DNA from: Lama glama
Lineage: Eukaryota
Length of the DNA stretch: 64,000 nt
Direction of reading: 5' to 3'
Assembly: GCA_028534125.1 (NCBI GenBank)
Contig: CM052818.1
Location: 9,674,001 to 9,738,000, forward strand
Under the pieces are notes generated by a model that saw only the letters and a program-made list of their open reading frames with translations, did no database searches and was not told where the DNA came from. Shown piece after piece: positions 1 to 13,214 of this stretch. Each line of letters starts with the position of its first letter. The first letter of the stretch is position 1. A program made the position numbers and the translations under genes.

Positions 1-33
1 ATTAACATTTAAATTTTTTTTCAAATATAACTA

Positions 34-429
<396 letters not shown>

Positions 430-1934
430 TTATATGTGAATATAATCTGCTAGGCAACAACTAGAAAATTAGCACACATTTTGATACACAAAGCCTCTGA
501 CAGATTTTTTCTTTTTCAAGATTCAGGGTAGAATTTTCTTTAATACGCTTTAACCCAATAGCATAATATGTTTATGCTCTCGTAGAAAAATGAAGAATGC
601 CTTTATGAATCATATTTCCCCATGGTCTACAGCTATTATTAGTTGACAATTTTAATAATTTATTTAAAAACCTGGTTTTTACTTTTACATCAACTTTCTA
701 CCAAAAACAAGACCAAATTCTAACTTTCAATGGAAATTAAACCAAAAAGCATCTGATTTGTGTACTAGATTTTCTTTATTAAAGTAATGAAGTCTTTGTT
801 CTTACTAATAGTGAGTTTCGCCTTGCACAAAACACTGTAGTAACACTTCATGGCCACGTATTTGGGCACAGTTGTTCTAGCTCAGTGTTTTACCTTAACC
901 CATCATTAGTCATGGAATCAATTTAGAGGGTCCAGATAAGCAATTCAAAAAAAAAGAAAATACAAAAGATTAGAAAATATCAAGAGTGGATTAATCATAG
1001 TAAGGTTAAGTAGTCTGTCATGAAAATGTCATTTCTAAGAGTGCACTGCAGCATAACACAAAATGCCTTCCTTAATGTGGGTCTTGGTCAGACAACAGTG
1101 ATACAGCACTCATGTTTAAATCTCCATCAACATCAACATGGATGGCAAGTTCCACAACTGACCAAGTAATCTGGGAGGTGCAAAAGGAGAAAAATACATT
1201 CCATGTATATGTGTATATGTTGACTGAATAATGCACTGGGTATGGCATCATTCATTTATTACACAAATATTTACCAAGTACCCACTAGATATTAAGCACC
1301 ATTTTCAGCAAGGATTGTTAAATAATAGTACTATAGTACTATTATCATAAAGAAATGCCTAATCCAAGCTTAGTCCTTTCAAAAGGCATTTAAAAGATAC
1401 GTAAGTGACCAAAAGATTATAAATCATTATGTATGTCCGTCTCTTTAAACAAAATCTTAAAACTAAATACAAATAACTAACATGATAAATGAGAAACAAA
1501 AAACATTTTCTGTATGAGGATAGAAAAAAGTAGTGATGAAAGTCTGGGCAAAGGAAAAAAGGCTGCAACACAATTAGAGAAATGTACAGATTCACAGGTA
1601 CATGTATAATGTATACGATAAAGAACAGAAATGGCTTAACTGAATATTTTTCTAACAAAATGAGTTTATTTTTTATAACACAGAGAAAGTGGTATGTAGG
1701 CTTTTAAAACAGATTCTTTTGGTATCTTTTAGGTAAAGCTTATAGATATATTGGAAACTGAGTGTAGATTTATCTTATTTAACAAAGCTTGTAATTTCTA
1801 ATACTTAAGAATAAGAAAATTATGAATCCTGAATATTTGAAATGAATACATGATTGCTTAAACAGAAAAGCAGTGGCCAGTGAATAATTTAAACTATACT
1901 GTTAAATGTTCTTTTGTGTTTAAGCAAAAATTAC

Positions 1935-2560
1935 ATGACATCTACATGCAAAAGAATAAGGTTTGATCCCCTACCTCACACTACATACAAAAATTAGCTC
2001 AAAGCAGATTAAAGACTAAACATAAGAGCTAAAGCCATAAAATTCTTAGAAGAAAATAAAGGTATAAATCTTCATGACCCTGAATTTGGTAATGGTTTCT
2101 TAGATATAATACTAAAAGCACAAGCAACAAAGAAAAATTAGTTAAACTAGACTTCATTAAAATTTAAAACTATGTACTTCAAAGGACACCATCAAGAATA
2201 CAAAAAGACAACCTGCAAAATAGGAGAAAATACTGCAAATCACATATCTGACAAAGGACTTGTACCTGGAATATATAAAGAACTTTTACTATTCAATGAT
2301 AAAAAGACAAATCACACAGTTGAAAAATGGGCAAAGCATATGAATAAACATTTCTCCAAAGAAGCTCCCATAAATCCATTAAAAGATACTTGGTATTATT
2401 GGCCATTAGGAAAATGCAAATCAAAATCATAATGAGTTAACACTTCACACCCACTAGAATAGCTGTAATAAAAAAGACACTAAAAGTGTTGGCAAGGATG
2501 TGGAGAAATTGGAACCCTCAACATTGCTGGTCAGAATGTAACGGTGTAGTCAATACGGAA
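1935..2560 (+). mobile_element. Old L1 fragment (3' part of ORF2)
   Basis: L1-like text (cctacctcacactacatacaaaaattagctcaaa...; ccactagaatagct...ggcaaggatgtggagaaattggaaccc). ORF 2172-2432 (ANHISDKGL...KWAKHMNKHFSKE) is L1 ORF2-like. Boundaries approximate. Confidence 0.85.
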
Positions 2561-4084
2561 AATTTACATATGTTATTTCAGCTAAGGTAAACACTTACCT
2601 AGAAAATCTTGGAGAAAGGGAGGGAAGAAAACAAAGAAAATCTTAATTCATTCTTTTTCCACTTTCAAAATACCAACAGGTCAACTTCGACATGGAAAAA
2701 AATTTATAATCCAGGAGATTAAGAGAACATTCATAAAACTTTAAAAAAAAAGTTTTTTTTGTCTACCAGATAGTAAAATAATATTGAAAGGAAGTCAATA
2801 TGAAACTGTCAATATGATTAGAATTTACAGGTTTGCCGTTTTTAAAACTTAACATGTAAAAATCCAAAAGGTGAAAAAAGTATGGATTAGGGAGTAATAA
2901 CACAGACTAAATAATAAGTTCCCTCATCACTTCACAAAGACCTATAACATAACCGACGGCAAGTAATCTCTGTGGGTACTGGTTTTCTCAGCTGTAAAAG
3001 AAGAGAGTGGAACTTGGTTCATTCACTGATCCCAGAAGTATTTATTCAGTATGTATGATGGGCCAGGCAAGTGGTGAATATGCTTAAAACCAACTGGGTA
3101 AAATCACTAATGTCATTTCTACTTCCAGGTGATTCACCCATTTTAGGATTCCCTTTAACAGCAAAAATTCTGAGGTGTTTCTCAAACTAGGGTTCATAGA
3201 TGAATTACCAGAAAACTAAGAGTTCTCTGTAAAAGTTTTTAGATTTTAAGTTTTGACTCTGAGGATAACATTAATTAAATCATCTAGATCATTAGGATGA
3301 CAGAATATTTCAGTGCCTATTTGTTTTTCTGTTGTAAATTAATTGTAGATTAAGTTAATACCAAGAAATATTTTAACTGTCCAAGACTAATTTTAATAAA
3401 GGACAAAGGTAGAGAGGAGACAGGTGAGTCCCAAGGCAAGTAATGTCCTGGTGCAACGGAAGACTTCATAGCAGGTTAGAGAGAGAAGAGTGGAAAAAGA
3501 ATGAAGGCTTTGAAGGGCAAATGACAGTATAGGCTAAATGCAAAAAATTTTGTGCCACAGGTACTACACAATATTTGTGTCATAAACAGCAATTTAATCT
3601 CAGCAAAACACTGTTACTTATCACATTAAGTAAGCTTATTAGTTTGAATTGTGTTAGTCTGCATTTTCACTTGTGTCTATATAATATGTAAATTTGGTTT
3701 ATAGTCGTATAGGTGTGTTTACACCTAGTATTGTTAGTGCATATTTATTTCCACTATAATAATTTAAGTCATTGGGAGTATTCAAGTTTTTTCCTTTAAA
3801 AAGGTCTGTACATTACTCATTTGAGAAGCATAATATTAGGAATTTAATAACGTAAGGAGTTTATAAAAAATTTATTTACTCATTCAGTTGCAAACATGTA
3901 AGATAATGTTAAATTTAAACTTATCAGGTGGCTTAACATATCATATAATTTATATAATGTGTATATCGTCAAATTGTACCATATGCACATTCAGTATTTA
4001 TACATGCATTTGAATATGTGAAACTCAAATTTTTTTGTTAGTAGTTATTCCTCTAAATTGATCACTTTTTCTGATTTCTTTTCA

Positions 4085-4270
<186 letters not shown>

Positions 4271-4560
4271 CTACAGATAGAAAAGACAAAAGATTTATTT
4301 GTATTGGAAATCCAAATGTTTTCATAACATTATAAATCAGTTATAATTCATTCCTAAGAATTATCTGCTACTATGTAAAGGAAAAATAAAACTGACCTAA
4401 AATCAACAGAGAATATACAGCTCAAATCTCTTCAAATATAATAGCATTTGAATATTATGCATTGGTGGATGGATGGATAGATGGATGGACAGATGAATAA
4501 ATATGTGATTAAAAAGTGTAATAAAATACTTTTAATTTAATTTTAAAATATTGAAATATT

Positions 4561-4680
4561 TTTGGGGGAGTAGGTAATTAGGTGTGTGCATGTATGTATT
4601 TAAACGGAGGCACTGGGGATTGAACTCAGGACCTCATGCATGTTAAGCAAGCACTCTACCACTGAGCTCTATATTCCCCA
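4561..4680 (-). mobile_element. Camelid tRNA-Ala-derived SINE (Vic-1-like)
   Basis: Reverse complement has a tRNA-Ala-like head (agctcagtggtagagtgcttgcttaacatgcatgaggtcctgagttcaatccccag) followed by the family tail (cctaattacct). Confidence 0.85.
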
Positions 4681-6149
4681 CTCTAACAGAATATTTATGG
4701 TAGAATATAAGTGATGGATATAGAGCTGTTTGCTATAAAATTCTTTTGACTTTGCTGTAGATTGTTTAAAATTTTTAATAAAACATTGGGGGGAAAAGTT
4801 GAATACAACATATCTTCCTTTAAAAAATCCTTATGTGCATATGATTTATATTTTGATTAGCAGTTCATGCATGGTGGAATTAAACTGTAAAAAAAAAAAA
4901 GCTGTTGAAAAAAATTATAATTTCATCCCAGTCCAAAGTCGTATTTCCTTTATTTCTCTGTAAGTGAAGGTTCATGCTACAAACTATGACAGTTAAGCAT
5001 TTTTAATTCTGACTGATGCAAACAAATGAAACTTAAAAGTTTAAAAGTTAATCTGACATTTTAGGATAAGCACAATGACTGTTACTATGCCATGTGATTA
5101 TTAGTTTTACATGGTGGGGAGATTACATCAACAATTGTAATTAGTTTTTGTGTGTTTGAAATGTTTTTTGGAAAGTTCTCTTCCTTGTCTTCAGAAGCAA
5201 TGCGACAACTGTCCTGACAAAGTTTAATCATTACACACACCCAAACACAGACCTGACTCTCATATATAAAAAGCCAAGGCACCTCCACATACATACACAC
5301 ATGCACTCATCCCTGTACAGTGGAGGCTTCCCTTGCTTCTTCAACTCGCTCTCCACCCATCTCTCCTCCCATCACACATCCTCTAGTTCAGTCCAGACCT
5401 TGAATAACATATCCTGTGACTAAGGGTGTTCAAGATCTTCAGGAACAAGATGACCAAGAAAAAATTCTCTAGATGGCTTTCCAAATGGATGTAGTTCAAC
5501 AAATATTTAGTGAGTCCCAACAATGAGCCTAGCATTGGGGACATAAAAAGAAATATGGCATGGCCCCTGTTCTCAAGGAGCTTACCAACAAAGAGGTAAG
5601 TCAAACAGATTGTTTTAATATCATCTGCTGAGAGGCAAAGCAGGGGCTAGCTATCAAGGGGCAGAGGAGGGACACTTAACAGCTGTGGTATTATGGTGGA
5701 GAAAGAGGCTGTGGTATCAAGGAGAAAAAGAAGCTATCCTCTTTAAGCTTGAGAGAATTTTAAGAATTTATGTCAATTATATCTCAACAAAGCTGAAATT
5801 TAAAAAAAAAATGAAAGTTAACATTGAGGCCCCACTATATGCCAGGCATTGTAACTGAAGTTAGAATATAAATTTACAGATGAAAATAAAGACAAAGATT
5901 TACAGCCAGTCATATTTATGATTTAACTGATGTTGAATTTGGGTTGGGAATATAATCTCCAAGCATAAGCTGTTTCTACGGAAAATACTATCTATTTCAG
6001 GACAACAAATACAAAGCAAAGATTCATTGACAGATGAGTATAGTGGGAAAAGCAACATACATGGGAGTCTGAAGCTCTGGCTGGAGTTTTAACTCTACAC
6101 GTTAGTCAAGGCAAGTCACCTGAACTTCTGCAATAAAAATTAAGTGATG

Positions 6150-6239
6150 GTAGGGGTGGGGGGTATAGCTTAGTGGTAGATTGTGTGTTTGGTATGCATA
6201 AATCCTGGGTTCAACCCCAGTGCATCTGTTAAGTGGCGG
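6150..6239 (+). mobile_element. Vic-1-like SINE with 15-bp target-site duplication
   Basis: gggtatagcttagtggtaga...ggttcaaccccag, flanked by AAAAATTAAGTGATG at 6135-6149 and 6240-6254. Confidence 0.85.
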
Positions 6240-8279
6240 AAAAATTAAGTGATGTAATACCTCTGACTGACATCATAGAAATAATCAAAGGGATTATTTT
6301 GTGAAAGCACTCTGAAGACAATAAAAGTACCTTACAAATGTGATGCAGCATAAAATAACAGTATCTACCTCCCTGGATTGTGTTGAGGATTATGCGAGAT
6401 GTTTAAAAGTTGGAATGGGGAGTTGGTATGCAGCTCTCAGTAAGTGTTAACTATGATTAGTAATGTGTAATCATTTACATAAAACACTGATATAGGACAT
6501 TAGGTGGCAGATATCATAAAGTTATCCTACAGGTTTCTGCATGAACATTAAAAAGAAAGCAAAACAATAAGTACTCTAAAATCATAGCTTCCCAGCAACT
6601 AGAGAGGTTCCGTTGATGGGCCAGAATCGAGTTGTGGATAAGGGTATGGATTCTGGAGCCAGACTATCCCAATTTTTGTCTGCTTCTACCACTTAAGGTA
6701 GAACTGCTTCAGATTACATATCTCTAAGCCTCAGTTTCCTCCTTGGTAAAAGGAAGAAAAACAGTAGCTACCACATACTTTGAGGATATATGGACAGTGC
6801 TACCTGGCACATAATACAACATAACGTTTGTAGTAGTAACATCACCATTCCAAAGATCCTCGGATTACACAGATTCATAAAGATACATGTGACAGATGAA
6901 AGGAGAGATAGCAACTTTCCAATTAAGTATGCTCTTAACAAAATGAGTAGAAAGTCAGATCTAGATTCCTATCTAGTTTACCACTTCCAGCAGTACAGCC
7001 TATGCTTTCAATGGTTTCAGCTGTAAGGGAAATAATACCTACCTTTGAGGTTATTGTAAGGATTAAATAGTTATATATATACACATATACTATTACTATC
7101 TTTCTACCTTCCTATCTCAGCCATGATTGGCATAAAAAGTTCCAAAAATTAGTTTAAGAACTGTAAAACACTGCCTTGAGCCCAGCTGGAAATAGATTTT
7201 ACAGAATTTTGTTATTTTCCACTTGACTGCCTAGCATATTATCACTTTTCATACCACACAATTTGAGGTGTGTGTTAGGGCACAGGGTACAATTTATTTG
7301 AGTCTCAGTAGAAAACAGTGTAAAATGGAATTCAGGGCAAGGACGTGGGTGCTGTCTTTTTCTTTACTTCCAAAAAGATTCATTTAAAATTTCTCATATA
7401 TTTATTGTGACCCACAATGTGCAGGTACCTGTTATATAATCAAAAATACTGTCCATATAAAATACTTTAAAACTTGTATGGGTATTTCAAATCTAATACT
7501 CATTTATAATATCCATGTCTAAGAATAACTTAAATTGTCTAGATGCAAAAATTTTTTTCTGTTGATATTTTCTTTACATAACTACCCAGTATTAAATCCA
7601 GTTAAATAAATGTTCAAGAAAGCATCCCTTAGAGTTAGAGTGTAAGTATGAAAGGCATGGATGGCACTAATGGATAATCCTTAGTAACACATAAATTCTG
7701 AGTAGCTGTCACAGTGCACCCCATTCTGGAAAAGAAGTATAGGCTTATGAAAAACTGACAATAAGAGAAAGTTTGAAGCTCAAATTACACTACTACTAGA
7801 TCTCCCATTCATGACAAAGCATCAAAAAGATGTTAATGTTTAACGTGAAACGTGTTATTTACCAAAAAAATTCTACTTGTTAAAACACTACACTTTTAAA
7901 CAACACACCTCATACCCTCTCCCCTATTCCCACAACTGTGGCTTATTTAAATGTATTAGTAAGACCAATCTAATTAATTAACTAATGCCAAACAGAGGTC
8001 CACGACCGGCATGTTTTTTTTCCCTTCTTCCTTACAAACAGAAAAACGGTCGTGTAGACAGACTTTTTTTCTCCCCTAGGCAGTGGAAGATGGAAAGCGA
8101 GGGGGTCCTAGGGCAGGTCAAAGGTGGGAGATAATACTGAGTCATCCCACAACACGGTAGAAGCCCTGTGCCCAGGATTTCTGACCACAAATGAGAACGG
8201 AGGCAGCTGGCTTTCACTGTAAAGGGGGAATAAAATCACATCTGAACCCTAGGATGAAGAGATTAAAAGCCCTGCAAAC

Positions 8280-9080
8280 CTTCGGCCCAGAGGCTCACTG
8301 CGCGGCGCGTCCTCAGGGCACTGCAGACCTTCCCGTTCTCCCCGCCTCGCCTCAGGGGAAGAAACTCTCCCGGCGCCAGGCGGGCGGGGGCGGACAAAGG
8401 CGCGGTGCTGCAGGGCGAGGCGGGGGAAGATGCGGGGCACGGAGCCGAGGCGAGGCCGGAGAAGCAGACGCTGGGGAGTCACTCAGCCGGTTCGCGGTTG
8501 GGACCGGCTCCCGGGAGCTGGAGCACGCAGGGCTGGCGGGCTGCGGGCTGCGGGCTGCGACTCGGGGCGTTCGGGGGCACTTTGGGCGAGCGGCCCCGCC
8601 GGCCTGAGGAGGCCGCAGAGGGAACGAGCTGGCTGCCAGCCGTGCCGCTCTCGCCGTACTACCCGCCCCCGGGCGGCACCCTCGGCGTCTCGCTCACCTC
8701 CACAAGGATGCGGCGACTCTCGCCGCGCCTCCGTCACCTGCAGCGGCCGGCACCGCCCGGCCGTGAAGCCCCCCCGACCAGAACCGCAACCCGGGCCGCG
8801 GCGCCGCCGCCCGCGCCGGCTCGCAAGCCGCGGCGGGGAACCAGGGCCGATAGGGGGATGGAGGGCGGGAGCGCCGAGCGCGACGCCGCCCGGCCAATCG
8901 CAGGCCAGCGCCTCTGCGGTGGAGCCAATGGGTGTCGAGCTCCTGCCGGGCGGGCGGGAGCCGAGGAGCGGCTGCTGCAGACGGCCGCCGCGCGGAGCCG
9001 TGGCCGGTCACCTCCCCCAACCCTCGCATTCACTCTCAGGTTTGTCGCAGTGCAGCGTCCCCACCCTCCTAGCGTCTTGT
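8280..9080. promoter_or_regulatory. SANBR: SANBR CpG-island promoter with GC boxes and two CCAAT boxes
   Basis: Very GC- and CpG-rich stretch 4 kb upstream of the SANBR ATG exon. GGGCGG near 8863, CCAAT at 8894-8898 and 8925-8929. Confidence 0.85.
8698..8830 (-). other. SANBR: Probable non-coding first exon of SANBR (5' end uncertain)
   Basis: Minus-strand donor GAG|gtgagc at 8698/8697, downstream of the CCAAT/GC boxes. An alternative donor CAG|gtgacg lies at 8738/8737. Confidence 0.55.
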
Positions 9081-9719
9081 CTCTTAGCAACCAGATGCCC
9101 GCAGCCAGAACTTAGGTGGTCAACTGTGAGTCCAGAAGAAAGGAGAACATAGGGGAGATGGAAGAACTAAAAGAACAGATGCAATGGTTGGTGGCTTTGG
9201 TATACCAGCTTAGGTCATGTAAAATGGGAAAACTGCATGATATGAGGGACACCGAAAGTATCAGGTGAAGCATTGTCTTTATCAGGAGGCATCTCTTGAA
9301 AAATGTAAATAGCTCTGGGTGATACGTTCAGTTTTCATACATTAATAGGTTCAGTACGTATGTGTTATTGGTGGCGACTACTACCGGGAACCTAGTCAGA
9401 TGTACAAGGCTCAGTCTTGTGGGGTAAACGCTACATGTCAGTATTTCTAATTTCCACTTGGGATGTGTCTATTCTCAGAATCAAAACTAAATGTTAGGGT
9501 CAGAAAGGATAGAAATGGGAAAGCCCTATTCAAATGAATAATTAGCATTATGAAATCTGATGATTAAGTATCTAACTGTATAGAATGCCAGTTTTTTCCA
9601 ATTGTATCATCTGTGACTTTCTGCAAATCTTTTACTATTTTTCTTCCACAAAGATTAAAATTAGGCAAGTTTGTACCACAAAGATGCTAGTTAGGTAAAT
9701 TCTTAAAGAGAAGCTACTT

Positions 9720-10270
9720 ACTCTACTCCCTCTCCTCCTTTTACACAAGATGGAACTCAGTTGTGACAGTGGAGCTAACCTAAACCCTTAAACCACAAGG
9801 ACAAGAGCAACCCATAGGATATTGCAGGACAGTAACAGAAGGAACCTGGGTCCTGAATTACCTTATGAAGCAAAGCTGCCTAACAAGCCCTCGACTGCCT
9901 GCCTACCTCTGGACTATTGTATGAGGAAAATGTTTGTCTTGCTTTAGTTACTGTATTTTTGATCTATTTGTTACAGAAGCTTAGCGTATTCCCTAAAAGA
10001 GAAAGTCCCTTAAAGTGGTGTCTACAATAACAAAGATTTAAGATACAAGTGGCATTGGCGGGTAGAAACAAATTGCAGGCTGGTGACTCTTCCCAAAAGT
10101 ATTTTCACCTGTGTTAACTTGAAAGGCAGGTTATCAAGCCTATAGCTCTGAGGGAAGTGGTTTAGAAAAGGTCAGATTGTGAGTTTGTGGTTGACTGTCA
10201 CTCCTTGCTTTTAGCAAAGTTCATCCGAAAGAAATGAGGGGATGAAATTACACCTAAGACAGGGATTCTG
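9720..10270 (+). mobile_element. MaLR MLT1-type LTR with adjacent internal fragment
   Basis: MLT1-like text (aacagaaggaacctgggtcctga...cctacctctggact...tatttgttacagaagc) followed by MLT-int-like sequence. Boundaries approximate. Confidence 0.55.
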
Positions 10271-10483
10271 ACGACAACTAAGACTGTTTACACAGTAGAA
10301 CCCTTGAAAGGTCCAGCACTTTAAAGCATCAGGCACCACTCCTTGTAGCCAGGTATAGTACATAAAAACTAGGCAAATAAGAAAACAAAGCAATGTCAAC
10401 GCAGGAAACCCAAAAAGTTATATAAGGAATAAATAATAGAGATGAAAGAAACAATATCTACATGGTCACAATAATGCAATCAT

Positions 10484-10559
10484 TTTCATTGATTCAACTA
10501 AAAGTTAAAATATTACAATATTAAAGATTTCATTGATTTAACTAAAAGTTAAAATATTA
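10484..10559. repeat. Local duplication of a 32-bp unit at a 44-bp period
   Basis: tttcattgatt(c/t)aactaaaagttaaaatatta at 10484-10515 and 10528-10559. Confidence 0.85.
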
Positions 10560-11759
10560 AAAAGATGGGGTAAGAGGAAGTATGGGATAGTAGTGGAAAG
10601 CAATTAAAAACTCCATGGGGGAGGTGGGAAGGAGAGGTTAATAGATAACTTCTAAAATTGATTAAGTCAAAATTGCAAGATGACCACATTATATTTCAAA
10701 GTAAAAAGATAAAAACAGAATAGCAAGAGAGTTAAATGTGGTTGCTTCTGGTATCAAGGACTCTGTAGGCAGGGACTACTTTCTCTCTTCATGTGTGTTT
10801 AATTACAATTTGATTTTTTAAAACCATGTGATTATATTAGTTTGATGGTTAAAAATGTAAATGAAGGGATAAAACATACATAGGAAATAAGGCTAAACAG
10901 ACAAGTCTTTTGTTCAAATAGGCAAATATTAAAAATGAAAAATTAACTAACAATTTAGGTAAAAAACTCCATGTGATACCAACATCGGTGAGAGAACAAG
11001 AAAGGGGGAGACAATAGGAAAAGTGAGAAAGCAGGGAGGGTGAGTGTGCCAACATTCTTGTGTTACTGTAAGACTCTATTAATACTGATAACTTTAAACA
11101 CTGATAAAGAAAAATAATTATGGGTTAGAAGTAACCATAACAAGAATTAAAAATTCGACTGTATGGCTTCCAAACCTGCAGAAGAAAATGATCTATAAAA
11201 AAAAAAAAAACATGGTAAGTGCAAAACTTATAATAAGGTAGCAAAAATATATAAAATAACTGATAAAAATGTGAGACTATCAACAACTGGAGATTTTAAA
11301 CATATTTATCTCAGAAACAGCAGATTTTAAAAAAGCAAATATAAAGATATTTAAAATATACATTCAACTTAACACACTGTTTAACATAATTTCCTACTTC
11401 GTATCGTTACATGGAAGTATTTCTCTAGAATAAACTGGTGCCTTTCTCCCTCCTTCTCTCCCTGTCTCACTAACTGCTTCTCAGGGAAGGAGTGATCTAT
11501 CCAATTGATGAATCTGGAAGGAGAAATGACACAACGGAGTTTTCCACCTCCTCTCTACTCTCTCATTGGAGCTACTTACCTACAGTTATTTAAAGTGCTT
11601 TCTGGTCTGCCTAAGACTGGATAGAAAATTTAATTTAAGTAAATATTAGTAAATCCTATGTCATACCCCCAAACTAGCTTTAACACAAAGTTCACTGTCA
11701 ATGAGCCCTGCCTGTCTGCTCAAAGCATTCAATCAGCTATTCAGCCTCTTATTCTTAAA

Positions 11760-11899
11760 ACAAATTAAAAAAAAGCTTTTTGGTGGGGGCGGAGGTAATT
11801 AGATTTATTTATTTTAATAGAGGTAATGGGGATTGCACCCAGGACCCTGTGCATGCTAAGCACACATTCTACCACTGAGCTATACCCTCCCCTTCCAGT
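11760..11899 (-). mobile_element. Vic-1-like SINE with 15-bp target-site duplication
   Basis: Reverse tRNA-Ala-like head plus tail, flanked by CCTCTTATTCTTAAA at 11745-11759 and 11900-11914. Confidence 0.88.
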
Positions 11900-12542
11900 C
11901 CTCTTATTCTTAAACATAAGCAGGCAACCAAAGTTCAGCAGAAACCCAAGGAAAATATCATGATAGACAGAGGTAAAACATAAACATAAACACACACACA
12001 CACAAAGTAACCCAAGGGGGGAAAAAAGACTGCAGGAAAATGGAAACTTCAAAACAAAATAATTTAGTCATTAATATTCTCAAATTCAACCTACAAGCTT
12101 CCAGAGAGGAAAACAAATAGGACCCATACAAAGGGTCAAGAATCAGAAATAGCTTCAGCCTTCTCAGCAGTCACAAGGAACCTAGAGACAACGGAGAAAT
12201 CACTTCAAAATTTTAAAGAAAAATAATGGCCAACTTGGAATTTTATGTCAAGACTGTTATTCAAATTGAGAATAAAATTAAAAGACATTTTTGGACATTC
12301 AAAAGGACTCACACTTTACTTCCCTGCAGCCTTTCTCAGGAAAGAGATGTGCTAGATGTGCTTTACCTCTCCAAGAGAGCAAACCAAGATAGAGGTAACT
12401 GTCGGGTATGGAAACAAGAAAGATAGATCATAAGACTTCTCAGCAAAAAAGAGACAGAACCCAGGATAACTGTGCACCAGGCAGAGAGCAGCCAGTTCAG
12501 ATTTGTGCAGAATGACTTGAGAGTCTTCAACACGATGCTTTA

Positions 12543-13019
12543 TGTTATACTATATTTTTAATCTGACAACGCTGAGATAAGCCTGGCCTAGGTTAGCTGT
12601 ACTTGGCTCGCCAGACCACATGTTAATGAAGTCCTTGCTCGTTCCTTCTGCTCCTTGGATCTTTTGAGAACACATAAGTGTTCTGCTTTGTTCCACTCCT
12701 GACTGCTGAAGGATAGCCATAGCCATTCCCTCTGACTGTATTATAGGCAGATATCAAGTTCTAGTAGCTGCCACATCTGTCAAAATACATAAACTGCAGA
12801 TAAAGCTAGGTTTCCCAATATTTGCTTAGGGCCTTGCCCAATGACTTTCTCCATAAAAGGCTCTTGTAAATTTTCAGAGAAACTGAAGCCAGACTATGAC
12901 CCAGTGTCTCTTTTCAGCTTATCTTCTCCTAGGAAACCTTATCAAATAGTGGCAATTCTGCCTTCTGTATACTGTTAGGTTTACTGCATATCTCACTTTT
13001 ATCTGAATCATTTCCTACA
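12543..13019 (+). mobile_element. Probable solo LTR, family unassigned
   Basis: About 480 bp with TG...CA termini (tgttata...ttcctaca), an internal ataaaa TATA-like motif and no coding capacity. Confidence 0.4.
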
Positions 13020-13039
13020 CTTACTCATATGTGTTTTCA

Positions 13040-13193
13040 TTTATTTACTTATATTTAGAATTTATTTATTTATTTATTTTTTATTTTTTGGGGGGAGGTA
13101 ATCAGGTTTGCTTATTCTAGAGGTACTGGAGGTTAAACCCATGACCTTGTGTATGCTACGCATGCACTATACCACTTGCGCTATATCCTCCCC
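13040..13193 (-). mobile_element. Vic-1-like SINE with (TTTA)n tail
   Basis: Reverse tRNA-like head (gcactataccacttgcgctatatcctccc) and A-rich tail. Confidence 0.8.
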
Positions 13194-13214
13194 ACTTATA
13201 TGTGTTTTTAATGA

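Noticed and set aside
5085..5213. Possible SANBR 5'-UTR exon (acceptor tttgtcag| at 5214)
   Set aside because: The acceptor is plausible, but I found no convincing donor. It cannot be supported without transcript data.
8191..9152. Overlapping long ORFs (up to 240 aa) on both strands
   Set aside because: Ala/Gly/Arg/Pro-rich translations of a CpG island where stop codons are scarce. No recognisable domain.
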